Origin: Candidatus Woesearchaeota archaeon
GTDB lineage: Archaea; Nanobdellota; Nanobdellia; SCGC-AAA011-G17; GW2011-AR18
DNA length: 10,027 bases
Assembly (NCBI GenBank): GCA_018302765.1
Contig: JAGVZG010000018.1
Location: 1-10,027 of the forward strand
Direction: 5' to 3'
The position numbers and the translations under genes are program-made. How positions within the stretch are numbered: the stretch's first letter is position 1; every line of letters starts with the position of its first letter. Below are positions 1-8,052 of the stretch, one piece after another. The notes under the pieces were generated by a model that did not search any database, was not told the origin of the DNA, and was given only the letters and a program-made list of their open reading frames with translations.

Positions 1-75
1 TTGTATATTATATTTTAACGTGCTTCCTATATACTGCTGTATTATGTTATTTACATTCTCTAACTTAATAACCAT
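1..75 (-). CDS. Possible 5' end of a gene running off the window (MVIKLENVNNIIQQYIGSTLKYNIQ...)
   Basis: ATG at 75-73 opens a frame with no stop through position 1. A TATA-like TTTTTATT (104-97, minus strand) lies 21 nt upstream, the same spacing as other leaderless genes here. No recognisable homology. Confidence 0.3.
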   Translation of the reverse strand, partial: MVIKLENVNNIIQQYIGSTLKYNIQ

Positions 76-81
76 ATATTT

Positions 82-390
82 TTAGGAATTAATTTGAATA
101 AAAAGGTTTAGTTTTACAAGATGAGATTCATATAATTCACTTATTAATAATATTTTTGGAAAATATTCTTCATTAAAACACTTATCGCACATTTCATTGT
201 GCCAGTCCCTGTTGTGTGTGAATATTTTCTCATTGCATTTTGAACAATTAAAATTCATTTCCTCATCGTGTTTCATATGAAATGTTCTCATCTTTTCTGG
301 ATTTTGATCTTGGCTTATTGTTTCTGCAAAAAATCCTTCAGACCAAAGTTCTCTTCTTTGTTTTGCCTTTGAAATTTTGTGTTTCTTCAT
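82..390 (-). CDS. Small hypothetical protein with a CxxC...H...H...CxxC putative Zn site
   Basis: The ORF track starts at 459, but that overlaps the RNR 3' end. ATG at 390 (MKKHKISK...) lies 16 nt after the RNR stop. Contains CSKC-x5-HNRDWH-x3-CDKC. The last ~25 residues look low-information. Confidence 0.65.
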   Translation of the reverse strand: MKKHKISKAKQRRELWSEGFFAETISQDQNPEKMRTFHMKHDEEMNFNCSKCNEKIFTHNRDWHNEMCDKCFNEEYFPKILLISELYESHLVKLNLFIQINS

Positions 391-406
391 ACTGTTAATT
401 ATATTT

Positions 407-3400
407 CTAGCTACATTCAGAATGTCCACAATCCAAGCATGTAGGAGATGAGCAGCCATTTATATATTCTACATTAGGACTATAGCACTTTACACAATGC
501 TGTTGTTTTACTTCAACATGCATATCTGTTAATTTTTTTTGTTCTTTGTCACCTATTTTTCCTGTTTTGCTTAAATGTCTTTTTAATACTATAGCAATAG
601 CATGCGGTATTGAATCTATTCTATTAGGGCCAAAACCATAAGGACGATCACCTTTTGCTGAATTTAGATGTTTTATGGCTTTCATAGGGTCATATCCTGC
701 CTGGAATGCTTTTGACATGAATACTCCAAGAACAGAGGTCAAGCTACTTAGTTCAGTGCCTATAGGTGGAACTGAGGTAAATATTCTAGATGGACCTTCT
801 TTGTCATAAATTATATTTACATGTAAAGGGCCGTGTCCTGTTTCTATTTCATAATAGTCTGAAGATACTCCTTTGCTATAATCTAACTCTCTGTTTTTTT
901 GTTCTTCTTTTTGTTTTTTTGTTGTTTCTGCTGAAGTTAGGTTCAATACCTGAACTTCTTTACATCCATCCCTATAAACAGTCACTCCTTTGCAGCCTGC
1001 ATTGTAAGCATACAGGTAAGCTTGTTTTATGTCTTCTACGCTTACAGTGTTTGCCATGTTAATTGTTTTTGACACTGCGTTGTCTGTATGTCTCTGAAAT
1101 GCTGCTTGATGGTCTATATGGATCCTCCAATGTATGTCGTGTGAGGATGCAAATATTTTCTGCAGGTTTGTTGGAATTTCTTTTATTCCACGAACAGATG
1201 AATGATTATCTGATATTTTTTTAAGTAATATATTTTTATCTAAGCCGAACCAATTGTGTTTCTCTGCTATTTCTAAGAACAAAGGCACGACTTCGTAATA
1301 AACATATTTTGGATCTGGTTCTTTACCTTCTTTTAAGGCATCAACTGCTTCTGCTTGATAACGTTTATATGCTATAGCAAAGAAAGGCTCTATGCCACTG
1401 CCTTGTAAACCTGCAGTTATTGCTATTGTTCCTGTTGGAGCAATGGTTGTTCTTGCACAATTTCTTGGACATAATTTTTGTCCTCTGAAGTACTCTCCTT
1501 TTTCATCATAAATACTATCTTTGAAATTGTAAAATACTCCTCTTGTCTCTGCTAATTCTTCAGACGCTTCTAATGACTTCAAATTTATAAAACTCATTAT
1601 TTCTTCAGCAAGAGTTATTGCTTCATCTGAATCATATGGAATTTCCAACTTAACCAGCATTTCTGCCCAACCCATAACTCCAAGGCCTATTCTTCTATTC
1701 CCTTTTGACATTACTTCTATTTCTGGCAGTACGTAGTGACTCATATCTATTACATTATCTAAAAAATGCGTTGCCAATTTTGTAGTATATTCTAGTTTTG
1801 TATAATCTACAACATATTTTCCATCTGATTGCTTTACGTGATTTGATAAATTTATACTGCCAAGAGTGCATGGTTCCCAAGGTAGTAATGGTTGTTCACC
1901 ACAAGGATTTGTACTTTCTATTTGTCCCAACTTCGGTGTTGGGTTTGAATTTGTGTTATTTATTCTGTCAACAACTACAAAACCTGGATCTCCTGTTTCC
2001 CATGCGCATTTTGCCATTAAATCAAATAATTCTTTAGCTTTTTCTTTAGCTACTGGCTTTTTTGTTTTTGGATTCAATAAGTCTATTTCATGGTCATTTT
2101 CAACAGCCTTAATAAAATCCTCATCCAATGCTACTGAAATGTTGAAATTTTGAAGGAAGCCACGATCTTTTGATTTCGATACTATGAACTTTCTAACATC
2201 TGGATGTTTGTAGTGCATTATTCCCATATTGGCTCCTCTTCTTGTATTGTGGCTTACAAAACCATTTGCTATGTAAGTATTATTTTCTGGGACAGATAAA
2301 TCTACTGTGTAAGTTTCTCCTTTTGTTAGAGTTTCTACTTTGTCATAAAATTGGTTATTTGTTAAAAACCAATATAATTTACTCTCTTTTATTTCCTTAT
2401 GTTCTTTAGCTAATTCATTAAGTCTTTTGTAAGTTAAATTTCTTTTTTCTTTTACATTTGACATATAATGTTGTATATCTCTATATAAATTTCTATTTGC
2501 ACCTTTACTTACTTTTCCTGGAGCACAACCTCTACCTTGACCATTATATATTAACTTAAAAATCTTTTCTTGATTAGGAATTATATCATTAAATTCCCAT
2601 TTTGTCTCTTCAGTTTTTATTCTTTTATTCTTTTTATCTGATAAGAAACCTATTTCAGAAAATCTTTTTAGACCTCTCTCAGTTATTACTCTTAAAACAT
2701 AAAGAGGATTATTTCCATAACTATTTTTTCTATCTAATTTAATTGACTTACTGGTTGGTATTCCTAAAGATAACATAAGTTGTTGTGTTTCATCTATTAA
2801 TTTTTCAGAAACACTACAAACAGATGGATAACCTTCTTCAGTTATTGTTCCATCTGCTGTAAATATCCCCCTAACAAAACCTTCAGCAAAATACCTTCCG
2901 ACCCTAAATACAATTTCTGGCACTCTTGCTTGTAGAGCAGACTCTTTATTTACACCAATATTTTTTAACCAATGAACTAATGTTGTCCTGCTATAAAAAG
3001 AATTAGTGCTATTATCATTTTCTTTCCTAGTTTCACTTGGTTTTAGACCGAATAGATTTAATATTAGATTATGCATATACTCTTTTACTTCTGGTTCATC
3101 ATCTCCAAAAGATAAAATTAGTCTTCCTGTTCCATTTTCATTTATTGAAAAACAGCCATCGCCTATAAAATAACCTATAAATTCTCCTAACCCTATTGTT
3201 GGTATTTCTGGCAAGATTATGGGTCCTGCATTAAAATGCGCTTCATAATTAAATTCTGGAAATTTATAATTTGTTTCTTCTGGATAACTATCTAGTTGTA
3301 ATGCAAGCCAATCACCTTCTTTTATATTTTTAAGATGTTTCCATACATATTCTCCTTGTTCATTAATTACTCTAAACCTATGTTCTGGTGTTGCTATTAC

Positions 3401-4327
3401 ACTGTAATTATTTTTTGTCTTTATTGTAATAACTTCTGATTTTCCATTATTGTAAGCCTCATCAGAGAGCTTTGGACCTTCATCAGTCATAACAGTAATT
3501 GTGTGGCCTTTCCAATTATTTACTGCAATCTCTTTTACAGGAACGATTTCTCCTATTTGTATTAAACCTTGTTGGGTTGATACTCTTGTATCTAAAGCCA
3601 CGCAACCGCCTTGTTTTACTACTTCTGTTGAAGTATCGAATATTCTCATAAATGAAAGTGGCCCTGAAGCTATTCCTTTTGTAGACTGGACTGGATCTCC
3701 TTCTGGCCTTAATTTACTAAATGAAAAGCCTGTGCCTCCTCCAGATTGATGAATCAAAGCCATGGCAGTTATAGCATAATAAATTTCTTCAATAGAATCT
3801 CCTACAGGCACAACATAGCAAGCATGCAGGCCTTGCAGATCTCTTCCAGCGTTCATTAAACATGGGGAATTAGGCAAGAAGTCAAAGTTAGACAACATAT
3901 TATAAAACTGCTCTTCTTTTTTTCTTAATAAAATAATTGCCTTTGCATTTGTTTGTGCAAGTTTTAATAAATTCTCTTCAAATTTTCTGAAATTGTTTAT
4001 TCTTTCATTTCTAGGCAAATTTTTAAGCTGAAGTAATAACATATGTGATTTTGAATCATGTTCAGATATAATTGTTTGATGGTGCACTCCATCTAAAATA
4101 TGTTCTTTAGGAATTTCATGATCGTAAAATAAATCTGCTAATGCAATGTTTCTAGCAATTCTCCTTAACCATAATTCAACTGAGTCACCTCTTAAATATT
4201 TATTGGCCATTACTTTTAGCTGATTCTCTGTAACTTTGACTTTTGATCCTTCTACAGACAATTCTTCTATAGATTTTAATCCATCAAATGTAGAAACATA
4301 ATCCTCTTTTTTTCTTTCAACCTGCAT
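407..4327 (-). CDS. nrdJ: Class II adenosylcobalamin-dependent ribonucleotide reductase, intein-containing precursor (1306 aa; about 853 aa after splicing)
   Basis: Motifs FLPNSPCLMNAG, LHAC, SGGGTGFSFS, QGG/TRRGANMG, TNPCGEQPL (thiyl-radical Cys), EPCTLGSINL, RRIGLGVMG, TTIAPTGTI, AVSKTIN and KGVTVYRDG. C-terminal TSCPD-like domain (GFGPNRIDSIPHAIA) and a terminal CxxC...CxxC...C ribbon. No N-terminal ATP cone and no adjacent beta-subunit gene. Confidence 0.96.
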   Translation of the reverse strand: MQVERKKEDYVSTFDGLKSIEELSVEGSKVKVTENQLKVMANKYLRGDSVELWLRRIARNIALADLFYDHEIPKEHILDGVHHQTIISEHDSKSHMLLLQLKNLPRNERINNFRKFEENLLKLAQTNAKAIILLRKKEEQFYNMLSNFDFLPNSPCLMNAGRDLQGLHACYVVPVGDSIEEIYYAITAMALIHQSGGGTGFSFSKLRPEGDPVQSTKGIASGPLSFMRIFDTSTEVVKQGGCVALDTRVSTQQGLIQIGEIVPVKEIAVNNWKGHTITVMTDEGPKLSDEAYNNGKSEVITIKTKNNYSVIATPEHRFRVINEQGEYVWKHLKNIKEGDWLALQLDSYPEETNYKFPEFNYEAHFNAGPIILPEIPTIGLGEFIGYFIGDGCFSINENGTGRLILSFGDDEPEVKEYMHNLILNLFGLKPSETRKENDNSTNSFYSRTTLVHWLKNIGVNKESALQARVPEIVFRVGRYFAEGFVRGIFTADGTITEEGYPSVCSVSEKLIDETQQLMLSLGIPTSKSIKLDRKNSYGNNPLYVLRVITERGLKRFSEIGFLSDKKNKRIKTEETKWEFNDIIPNQEKIFKLIYNGQGRGCAPGKVSKGANRNLYRDIQHYMSNVKEKRNLTYKRLNELAKEHKEIKESKLYWFLTNNQFYDKVETLTKGETYTVDLSVPENNTYIANGFVSHNTRRGANMGIMHYKHPDVRKFIVSKSKDRGFLQNFNISVALDEDFIKAVENDHEIDLLNPKTKKPVAKEKAKELFDLMAKCAWETGDPGFVVVDRINNTNSNPTPKLGQIESTNPCGEQPLLPWEPCTLGSINLSNHVKQSDGKYVVDYTKLEYTTKLATHFLDNVIDMSHYVLPEIEVMSKGNRRIGLGVMGWAEMLVKLEIPYDSDEAITLAEEIMSFINLKSLEASEELAETRGVFYNFKDSIYDEKGEYFRGQKLCPRNCARTTIAPTGTIAITAGLQGSGIEPFFAIAYKRYQAEAVDALKEGKEPDPKYVYYEVVPLFLEIAEKHNWFGLDKNILLKKISDNHSSVRGIKEIPTNLQKIFASSHDIHWRIHIDHQAAFQRHTDNAVSKTINMANTVSVEDIKQAYLYAYNAGCKGVTVYRDGCKEVQVLNLTSAETTKKQKEEQKNRELDYSKGVSSDYYEIETGHGPLHVNIIYDKEGPSRIFTSVPPIGTELSSLTSVLGVFMSKAFQAGYDPMKAIKHLNSAKGDRPYGFGPNRIDSIPHAIAIVLKRHLSKTGKIGDKEQKKLTDMHVEVKQQHCVKCYSPNVEYINGCSSPTCLDCGHSECS
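2246..3604 (-). mobile_element. Intein with LAGLIDADG homing endonuclease in nrdJ (453 aa, residues 242-694)
   Basis: Inserted in KQGG|TRRGA. Starts with Cys (CVALDTRV), block B TPEH, two LAGLIDADG motifs (FIGYFIGDGCF and FVRGIFTADGTI), block F/G VDLSVPENNTYIANGFVSHN, and Thr as the +1 nucleophile. Confidence 0.96.
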
Positions 4328-4332
4328 TTATG

Positions 4333-4338
4333 CCACCT
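4333..4338 (-). promoter_or_regulatory. Shine-Dalgarno site AGGTGG for nrdJ, overlapping the nrdR stop codon
   Basis: Minus strand reads GGA TAG GTGG CATAA ATG: AGGTGG sits 5 nt before the nrdJ ATG. This suggests a nrdR-nrdJ operon with translational coupling. Confidence 0.6.
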
Positions 4339-4786
4339 ATCCTTTTTTTAATAGTCCTTGAATTTCTTTTTTGAAATCTTCTATGTCTGCAAATTCCCTG
4401 TAAACAGAGGCAAACCTTATATATGCAACTTTGTCAAGCTGCTTTAAATGTTTTGCAACCTCTTCTCCCAGAGATTTACTTTGGATTTCATTAGCGTCAA
4501 GTGTTCTTAATTTTGCTTCAATTTTGTTTACAATGTTTTCTATCTTTTCTATTTCTATTGGAAGTTTTTCGCATGCCCTTAATATGCCTTTCTTAAGTTT
4601 TTCCCTATCAAATAATTCACGCCTGCCGTCTTTTTTTATTATATAAATCTGCAGCGGCTCTGGTCTTTCATACGTTGTGAACCTTTTTTCACACTTAAGG
4701 CATTCCCTACGCCTTCTTGTTATGTCTTCACTTTCTCTTGAATCTACAACTTTTGTTTCTGTGTGACTGCAAAATATGCATTTCAT
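4337..4786 (-). CDS. nrdR: Transcriptional repressor NrdR (Zn ribbon plus ATP cone)
   Basis: MKCIFC...TKVVDSR...RRRRECLKCEKRFTTYE, ATP cone IIKKDGRRELFDREKL, and C-terminal DKVAYIRFASVYREF. Lies directly upstream of the RNR gene. Confidence 0.97.
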   Translation of the reverse strand: MKCIFCSHTETKVVDSRESEDITRRRRECLKCEKRFTTYERPEPLQIYIIKKDGRRELFDREKLKKGILRACEKLPIEIEKIENIVNKIEAKLRTLDANEIQSKSLGEEVAKHLKQLDKVAYIRFASVYREFADIEDFKKEIQGLLKKG

Positions 4787-4810
4787 TTATGTTTTGTTAC
4801 CCTTGAGTAA

Positions 4811-4826
4811 ACACCATATATTGTGC
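4811..4826. promoter_or_regulatory. NrdR box (start-codon-proximal)
   Basis: ACACCATATATTGTGC matches the bacterial NrdR-box consensus acaCwAtATaTwGtgt at 14 of 16 positions. It lies 24 nt upstream of the nrdR start codon. Confidence 0.88.
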
Positions 4827-4841
4827 TTCACTTAAGTGAAA

Positions 4842-4857
4842 ACACAAAATATGGTAT
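4842..4857. promoter_or_regulatory. NrdR box (promoter-proximal)
   Basis: ACACAAAATATGGTAT matches the consensus at 13 of 16 positions. It starts exactly 31 bp after the first box, the spacing known for tandem NrdR boxes. Confidence 0.8.
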
Positions 4858-4873
4858 TTAGTTGGTGTTCTTG

Positions 4874-4888
4874 TTTATATATTTTTCT
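4874..4888 (-). promoter_or_regulatory. Archaeal BRE/TATA promoter for nrdR-nrdJ
   Basis: Minus strand AGAAAAA-TATATAAA, with TATA at 4881-4874. This predicts a start site near 4850-4853, inside NrdR box 2. Confidence 0.62.
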
Positions 4889-4964
4889 TAACTTTGGAAT
4901 ATGTTTTGTTATATTGGTACTATTTTAGATCTAAATATGGCTAAAGATTTTAATTTGGATCTTT

Positions 4965-6101
4965 TTAGTAAAATTGTTTAGCTAATCTTGGACCTGTTTG
5001 ACCCTGATACGTACTTCCATCGCCATATAATTTATTTGGAATATCTATTGTTCTTTCTGGTTTTAAAACTGCAATAGGCTGTCTGTGGCTTATCGTTCTT
5101 GGACTCCTCGAAACAACCAGTTCAAGCACTGCAGTAGAACCTAGTATTTTTTTATTTCTGCCTTTTCCAAATGCATTGTCAAAAAAACCAGCCTCATTTG
5201 ACTTATCATCACCTAACGTTAAGTCATACTGGACCATCTTGGCACATATTGAATGAGGTATTGATGGCATTTCATACGTGGGAAGTATAATCATAGTTGC
5301 GTCCCACAATCTTAGTAAACCATCTTCTGGCTTTCTTATTTCTTGCCAATACTGCTCTTTTCTTGCTGATTGTCCTTTTTCATATTGGATTGGTAGATCA
5401 TTATAAGCAGGAATATAGCCAACAGTTTCATCAGAAAGATCTACCGTTAGTACTAAACCACCATTAATTAACTCTCTAGTTGGTGGCATAGGCCTGCCTT
5501 CCTTATCATAAACTAATGTTTCTTTTAAGTGCAGATCCATTAATTCATCGTCATCAATAGTTGCATCGCCGTTGTAAAATCTTATTTGCTCAATGCTATC
5601 GCCTTTTCTAAGAACTTCCAAAAAAGCCATTGAAGTAAATTCCAAATATAATTTCCCTTCATAGCCTGCAGGAATTTTATTATATCTTGAATTATGGTCT
5701 GTTACTAATCTACACCTAAAAAAATTCCTTCCTGCTGTGCTCTTTGTATCTGCTTCTCCATATATATTTGGCGGCAAAGATAAAAATTCATTTAATTCAA
5801 CAACATAAGTTACATTTCTTTCTACTGGTTTTGGTTCACCAACATCAATGCCTATTGTATAAAGTGAGCAATTCTTTAATACTTGCTCTACAGTTTCATT
5901 GGCAGATGGAGGTTTGAAATTTGCCACCCTGTGTATTGGCCCAAATAATCTTGTATCTAGTGTGGCTGGTTGCAGTTGATTTTCTAGCCAACTTTCATTT
6001 ACTGGACTCTGAAATTTTACTGCTTTAAATTTATCTATTAATATGTCTTTAATATGTTGGCTTGGTAAAACACCCTTTACGTCAAAACTTAATTCAGACA
6101 T
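4965..6101 (-). CDS. dcd: Two-domain dCTP deaminase-like protein (long DCD family, dUTPase fold), divergent
   Basis: VLPSQHI, QLQPATLDTRL, TKSTAGR, IPAGYEGKLYLEF, EQIRF, TVDL, AGFFDNAFG, AVLE and YQGQ..PRLAKQF match the ~370-aa bacterial-type DCD family from memory. The context is dNTP metabolism. Confidence 0.8.
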   Translation of the reverse strand: MSELSFDVKGVLPSQHIKDILIDKFKAVKFQSPVNESWLENQLQPATLDTRLFGPIHRVANFKPPSANETVEQVLKNCSLYTIGIDVGEPKPVERNVTYVVELNEFLSLPPNIYGEADTKSTAGRNFFRCRLVTDHNSRYNKIPAGYEGKLYLEFTSMAFLEVLRKGDSIEQIRFYNGDATIDDDELMDLHLKETLVYDKEGRPMPPTRELINGGLVLTVDLSDETVGYIPAYNDLPIQYEKGQSARKEQYWQEIRKPEDGLLRLWDATMIILPTYEMPSIPHSICAKMVQYDLTLGDDKSNEAGFFDNAFGKGRNKKILGSTAVLELVVSRSPRTISHRQPIAVLKPERTIDIPNKLYGDGSTYQGQTGPRLAKQFY

Positions 6102-6122
6102 AGGTTTTTAATTTTTATTTTA

Positions 6123-6130
6123 TTTATAAA
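6123..6130 (-). promoter_or_regulatory. TATA box TTTATAAA for a leaderless dcd transcript
   Basis: Lies 21 nt upstream of the ATG at 6101, with no SD in between. Confidence 0.5.
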
Positions 6131-6168
6131 GAATTATTTTGTTAGAAGTATTTTTATGAAAATAGATA

Positions 6169-7947
6169 TTAAGTGTAATAATATTCACCTTTATATCTTT
6201 GCTCTTGATCTAATTGTGAACCTGGCTTGTTAATTCTTGGCCTTCCTGTCAATTTATCCCTTCTGTAAGTTATATCTAAGTTTTTTAGAACGTGGTTCAT
6301 TCCTTCTCTTTTTTGAACTGGACCATAAACATGACCTTCTTTTGCTGGAATTCCTTCAAATATAAGCATAGAGTCTGCCAAATAATCTATAAATTGAATA
6401 TCATGGTCAACAATTATTGCCGCTATTTCCTTATTTATAACAAAATCTTTTATTATTTCTGCTGTACTTAAACGATCTTCTACGTCTATAAAAGCAGATG
6501 GCTCATCCATTGCTATTATATCAGTATTTTGTTTTGACAAGCAGGCAGCTATATGTATTTTTTGAAGCTCTCCACCAGACAATTCAGATATCTGATTATG
6601 AAGTATTGGTTCTATGTTTAATTTCTCTAGTATATTTGTCTTATACCATCCAGATAGGAATTCAGGACCAGCAATTTTCTTTAGGTGTTCTTCTACTGTG
6701 CCTTCAATATTCTGCTCAAGATATTGCGGCTTGTAACTTATTTTTAATTTTTCCATAACGCCTTTATCAGGAGTTTCTATTCCAGAAATTAATTTTAGAA
6801 ATGTAGATTTGCCTAAGCCATTCGCACCCATAATTGCCATGACTTCTCCTTTGTGAATTGCACCAGCAGCAGTTTTTAGCTTAAAAATTTCATAGTGCTT
6901 TTCTAATTCAGGAAAACTAAATAAAATATCCTTAGATACAAAACGCTCTACCGGACGTTCTGAAAATCTTATAGGATATTTTCTAAACCTTATGTTTTCT
7001 TCTGGAAACATGCCTTCCATATAATCATTAATTCCTCTTCTTACACCTTTGCTCTGGGAAAATATACCATAACATGCTGGCTCTCCATATACAATTTGTA
7101 TCTCATCTGAAATATAATCAAGAGTAGCTAAATCATGCTCTACGACAATAACAGATGCTTTTTCTGACAATTTTCTTATTAATTTTGCAGCTTTTATCCT
7201 ATGTGTAATATCTAAAAAAGAAGAAGGCTCATCAAAATAATAAACATCTGCATCTTTTGCTGCTGCAGCAACTATTGCAACTCTTTGAAGTTCTCCTCCA
7301 GACAATTCTTCTATTTTTCTTTCTGAAATATTAGAAATATCAAGTTCTGACATTAGATTTTTTATAATATTTCTTTCATCAACTTTGTTTAGCAAATCAT
7401 GAACTTTGTGGTTGTTGTATAATTGCACCAATAATTCCACTCTTTGCGGTTTATATGAAACTTTTACTTCTTTTTTTATTAATTTTTGAAAATATTCTGC
7501 TAGCCATGTATTTGAATATTTTTTAATTACTTCAGACTCTGAAATTTGTTTATCATAAAATCCTAAATTTGGCTTTATATTTCCTGTTAATATTTGCAAA
7601 GAGCTAGATTTTCCTATACCATTCCTGCCAATTATTCCAACAATTATGTTTGGTTTTATAATAGGCAAAGAAAATAATTCAAAAGAGTTCTTTCCATACT
7701 TGTGTATTGGTTCTTCTTTTAATCTTTCAGGTAGGTTTATTATATGTATTGCTTGAAACGGGCATTTTTTGGCACATATTTTGTGTACTTCCATGACAAC
7801 TTCTTCAGAAATTTCTGATTTCCCGCTTAAGCCTAAGTGAAATCCTTCGCCGCCAGATTTATTTATAGGATCATATTTCATGCATTCGTGCTGACATTTA
7901 TTTGGATGGCACTTTGATTTTTCTACTACTGCAATTACTTTTCTCAT
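6169..7947 (-). CDS. rli: ABCE1/Rli1 ribosome-recycling ATPase with a degenerate N-terminal Fe-S domain
   Basis: Two NBDs (GRNGIGKS and GANGLGKS; LSGGELQ twice; DEPSS and DEPSA; VEHD and VDHD), N-terminal CHPNKCQHEC...CAKKCPFQAI..NLP, and C-terminal TYRRD..TGRPRINKPGSQLD.EQ..GEYYY. Confidence 0.97.
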   Translation of the reverse strand: MRKVIAVVEKSKCHPNKCQHECMKYDPINKSGGEGFHLGLSGKSEISEEVVMEVHKICAKKCPFQAIHIINLPERLKEEPIHKYGKNSFELFSLPIIKPNIIVGIIGRNGIGKSSSLQILTGNIKPNLGFYDKQISESEVIKKYSNTWLAEYFQKLIKKEVKVSYKPQRVELLVQLYNNHKVHDLLNKVDERNIIKNLMSELDISNISERKIEELSGGELQRVAIVAAAAKDADVYYFDEPSSFLDITHRIKAAKLIRKLSEKASVIVVEHDLATLDYISDEIQIVYGEPACYGIFSQSKGVRRGINDYMEGMFPEENIRFRKYPIRFSERPVERFVSKDILFSFPELEKHYEIFKLKTAAGAIHKGEVMAIMGANGLGKSTFLKLISGIETPDKGVMEKLKISYKPQYLEQNIEGTVEEHLKKIAGPEFLSGWYKTNILEKLNIEPILHNQISELSGGELQKIHIAACLSKQNTDIIAMDEPSAFIDVEDRLSTAEIIKDFVINKEIAAIIVDHDIQFIDYLADSMLIFEGIPAKEGHVYGPVQKREGMNHVLKNLDITYRRDKLTGRPRINKPGSQLDQEQRYKGEYYYT

Positions 7948-8052
7948 TTTCTATAACAACTCGAAAAGGTTTATTAATGTTTTGAGAATATTTCTTAAAA
8001 TAGATTATTTTCTAGATAAAATTTTATAAATACTGTGCTTTATTTTTTAAAA
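7948..8052. promoter_or_regulatory. Divergent promoter region between ABCE1 and thymidine kinase
   Basis: TTAATAAA (minus, 7977-7970) ends 22 nt before the ABCE1 ATG. TTTATAAA (plus, 8023-8030) ends 22 nt before the ATG at 8053. Confidence 0.55.

Noticed and set aside
391-459. Longer start (459) for the small Cys/His ORF
   Set aside because: Overlaps the conserved C-terminal Cys ribbon of NrdJ in another frame. ATG 390 is more parsimonious.
570-870. Cys-less TSCPD domain (TGHG, SIPHA) as a novelty
   Set aside because: Cys-free GFGPNR-type variants of this NrdJ C-terminal domain are, as far as I recall, common.
790-3749. Plus-strand ORFs 790-1062, 1798-2037, 1866-2153 and 3501-3749
   Set aside because: Antisense shadows inside the well-supported nrdJ, with no recognisable motifs.
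4924-4935. 12-bp palindrome TTTAGATCTAAA between dcd and the nrdR promoter
   Set aside because: AT-rich and plausible by chance at this base composition, with no supporting second copy.
7771-7786. NrdR-box-like sequence sharing 12 nt (ACACAAAATATG) with box 2
   Set aside because: Lies inside the ABCE1 coding region, lacks the conserved G of the right half-site, and has no partner box at 31 bp.
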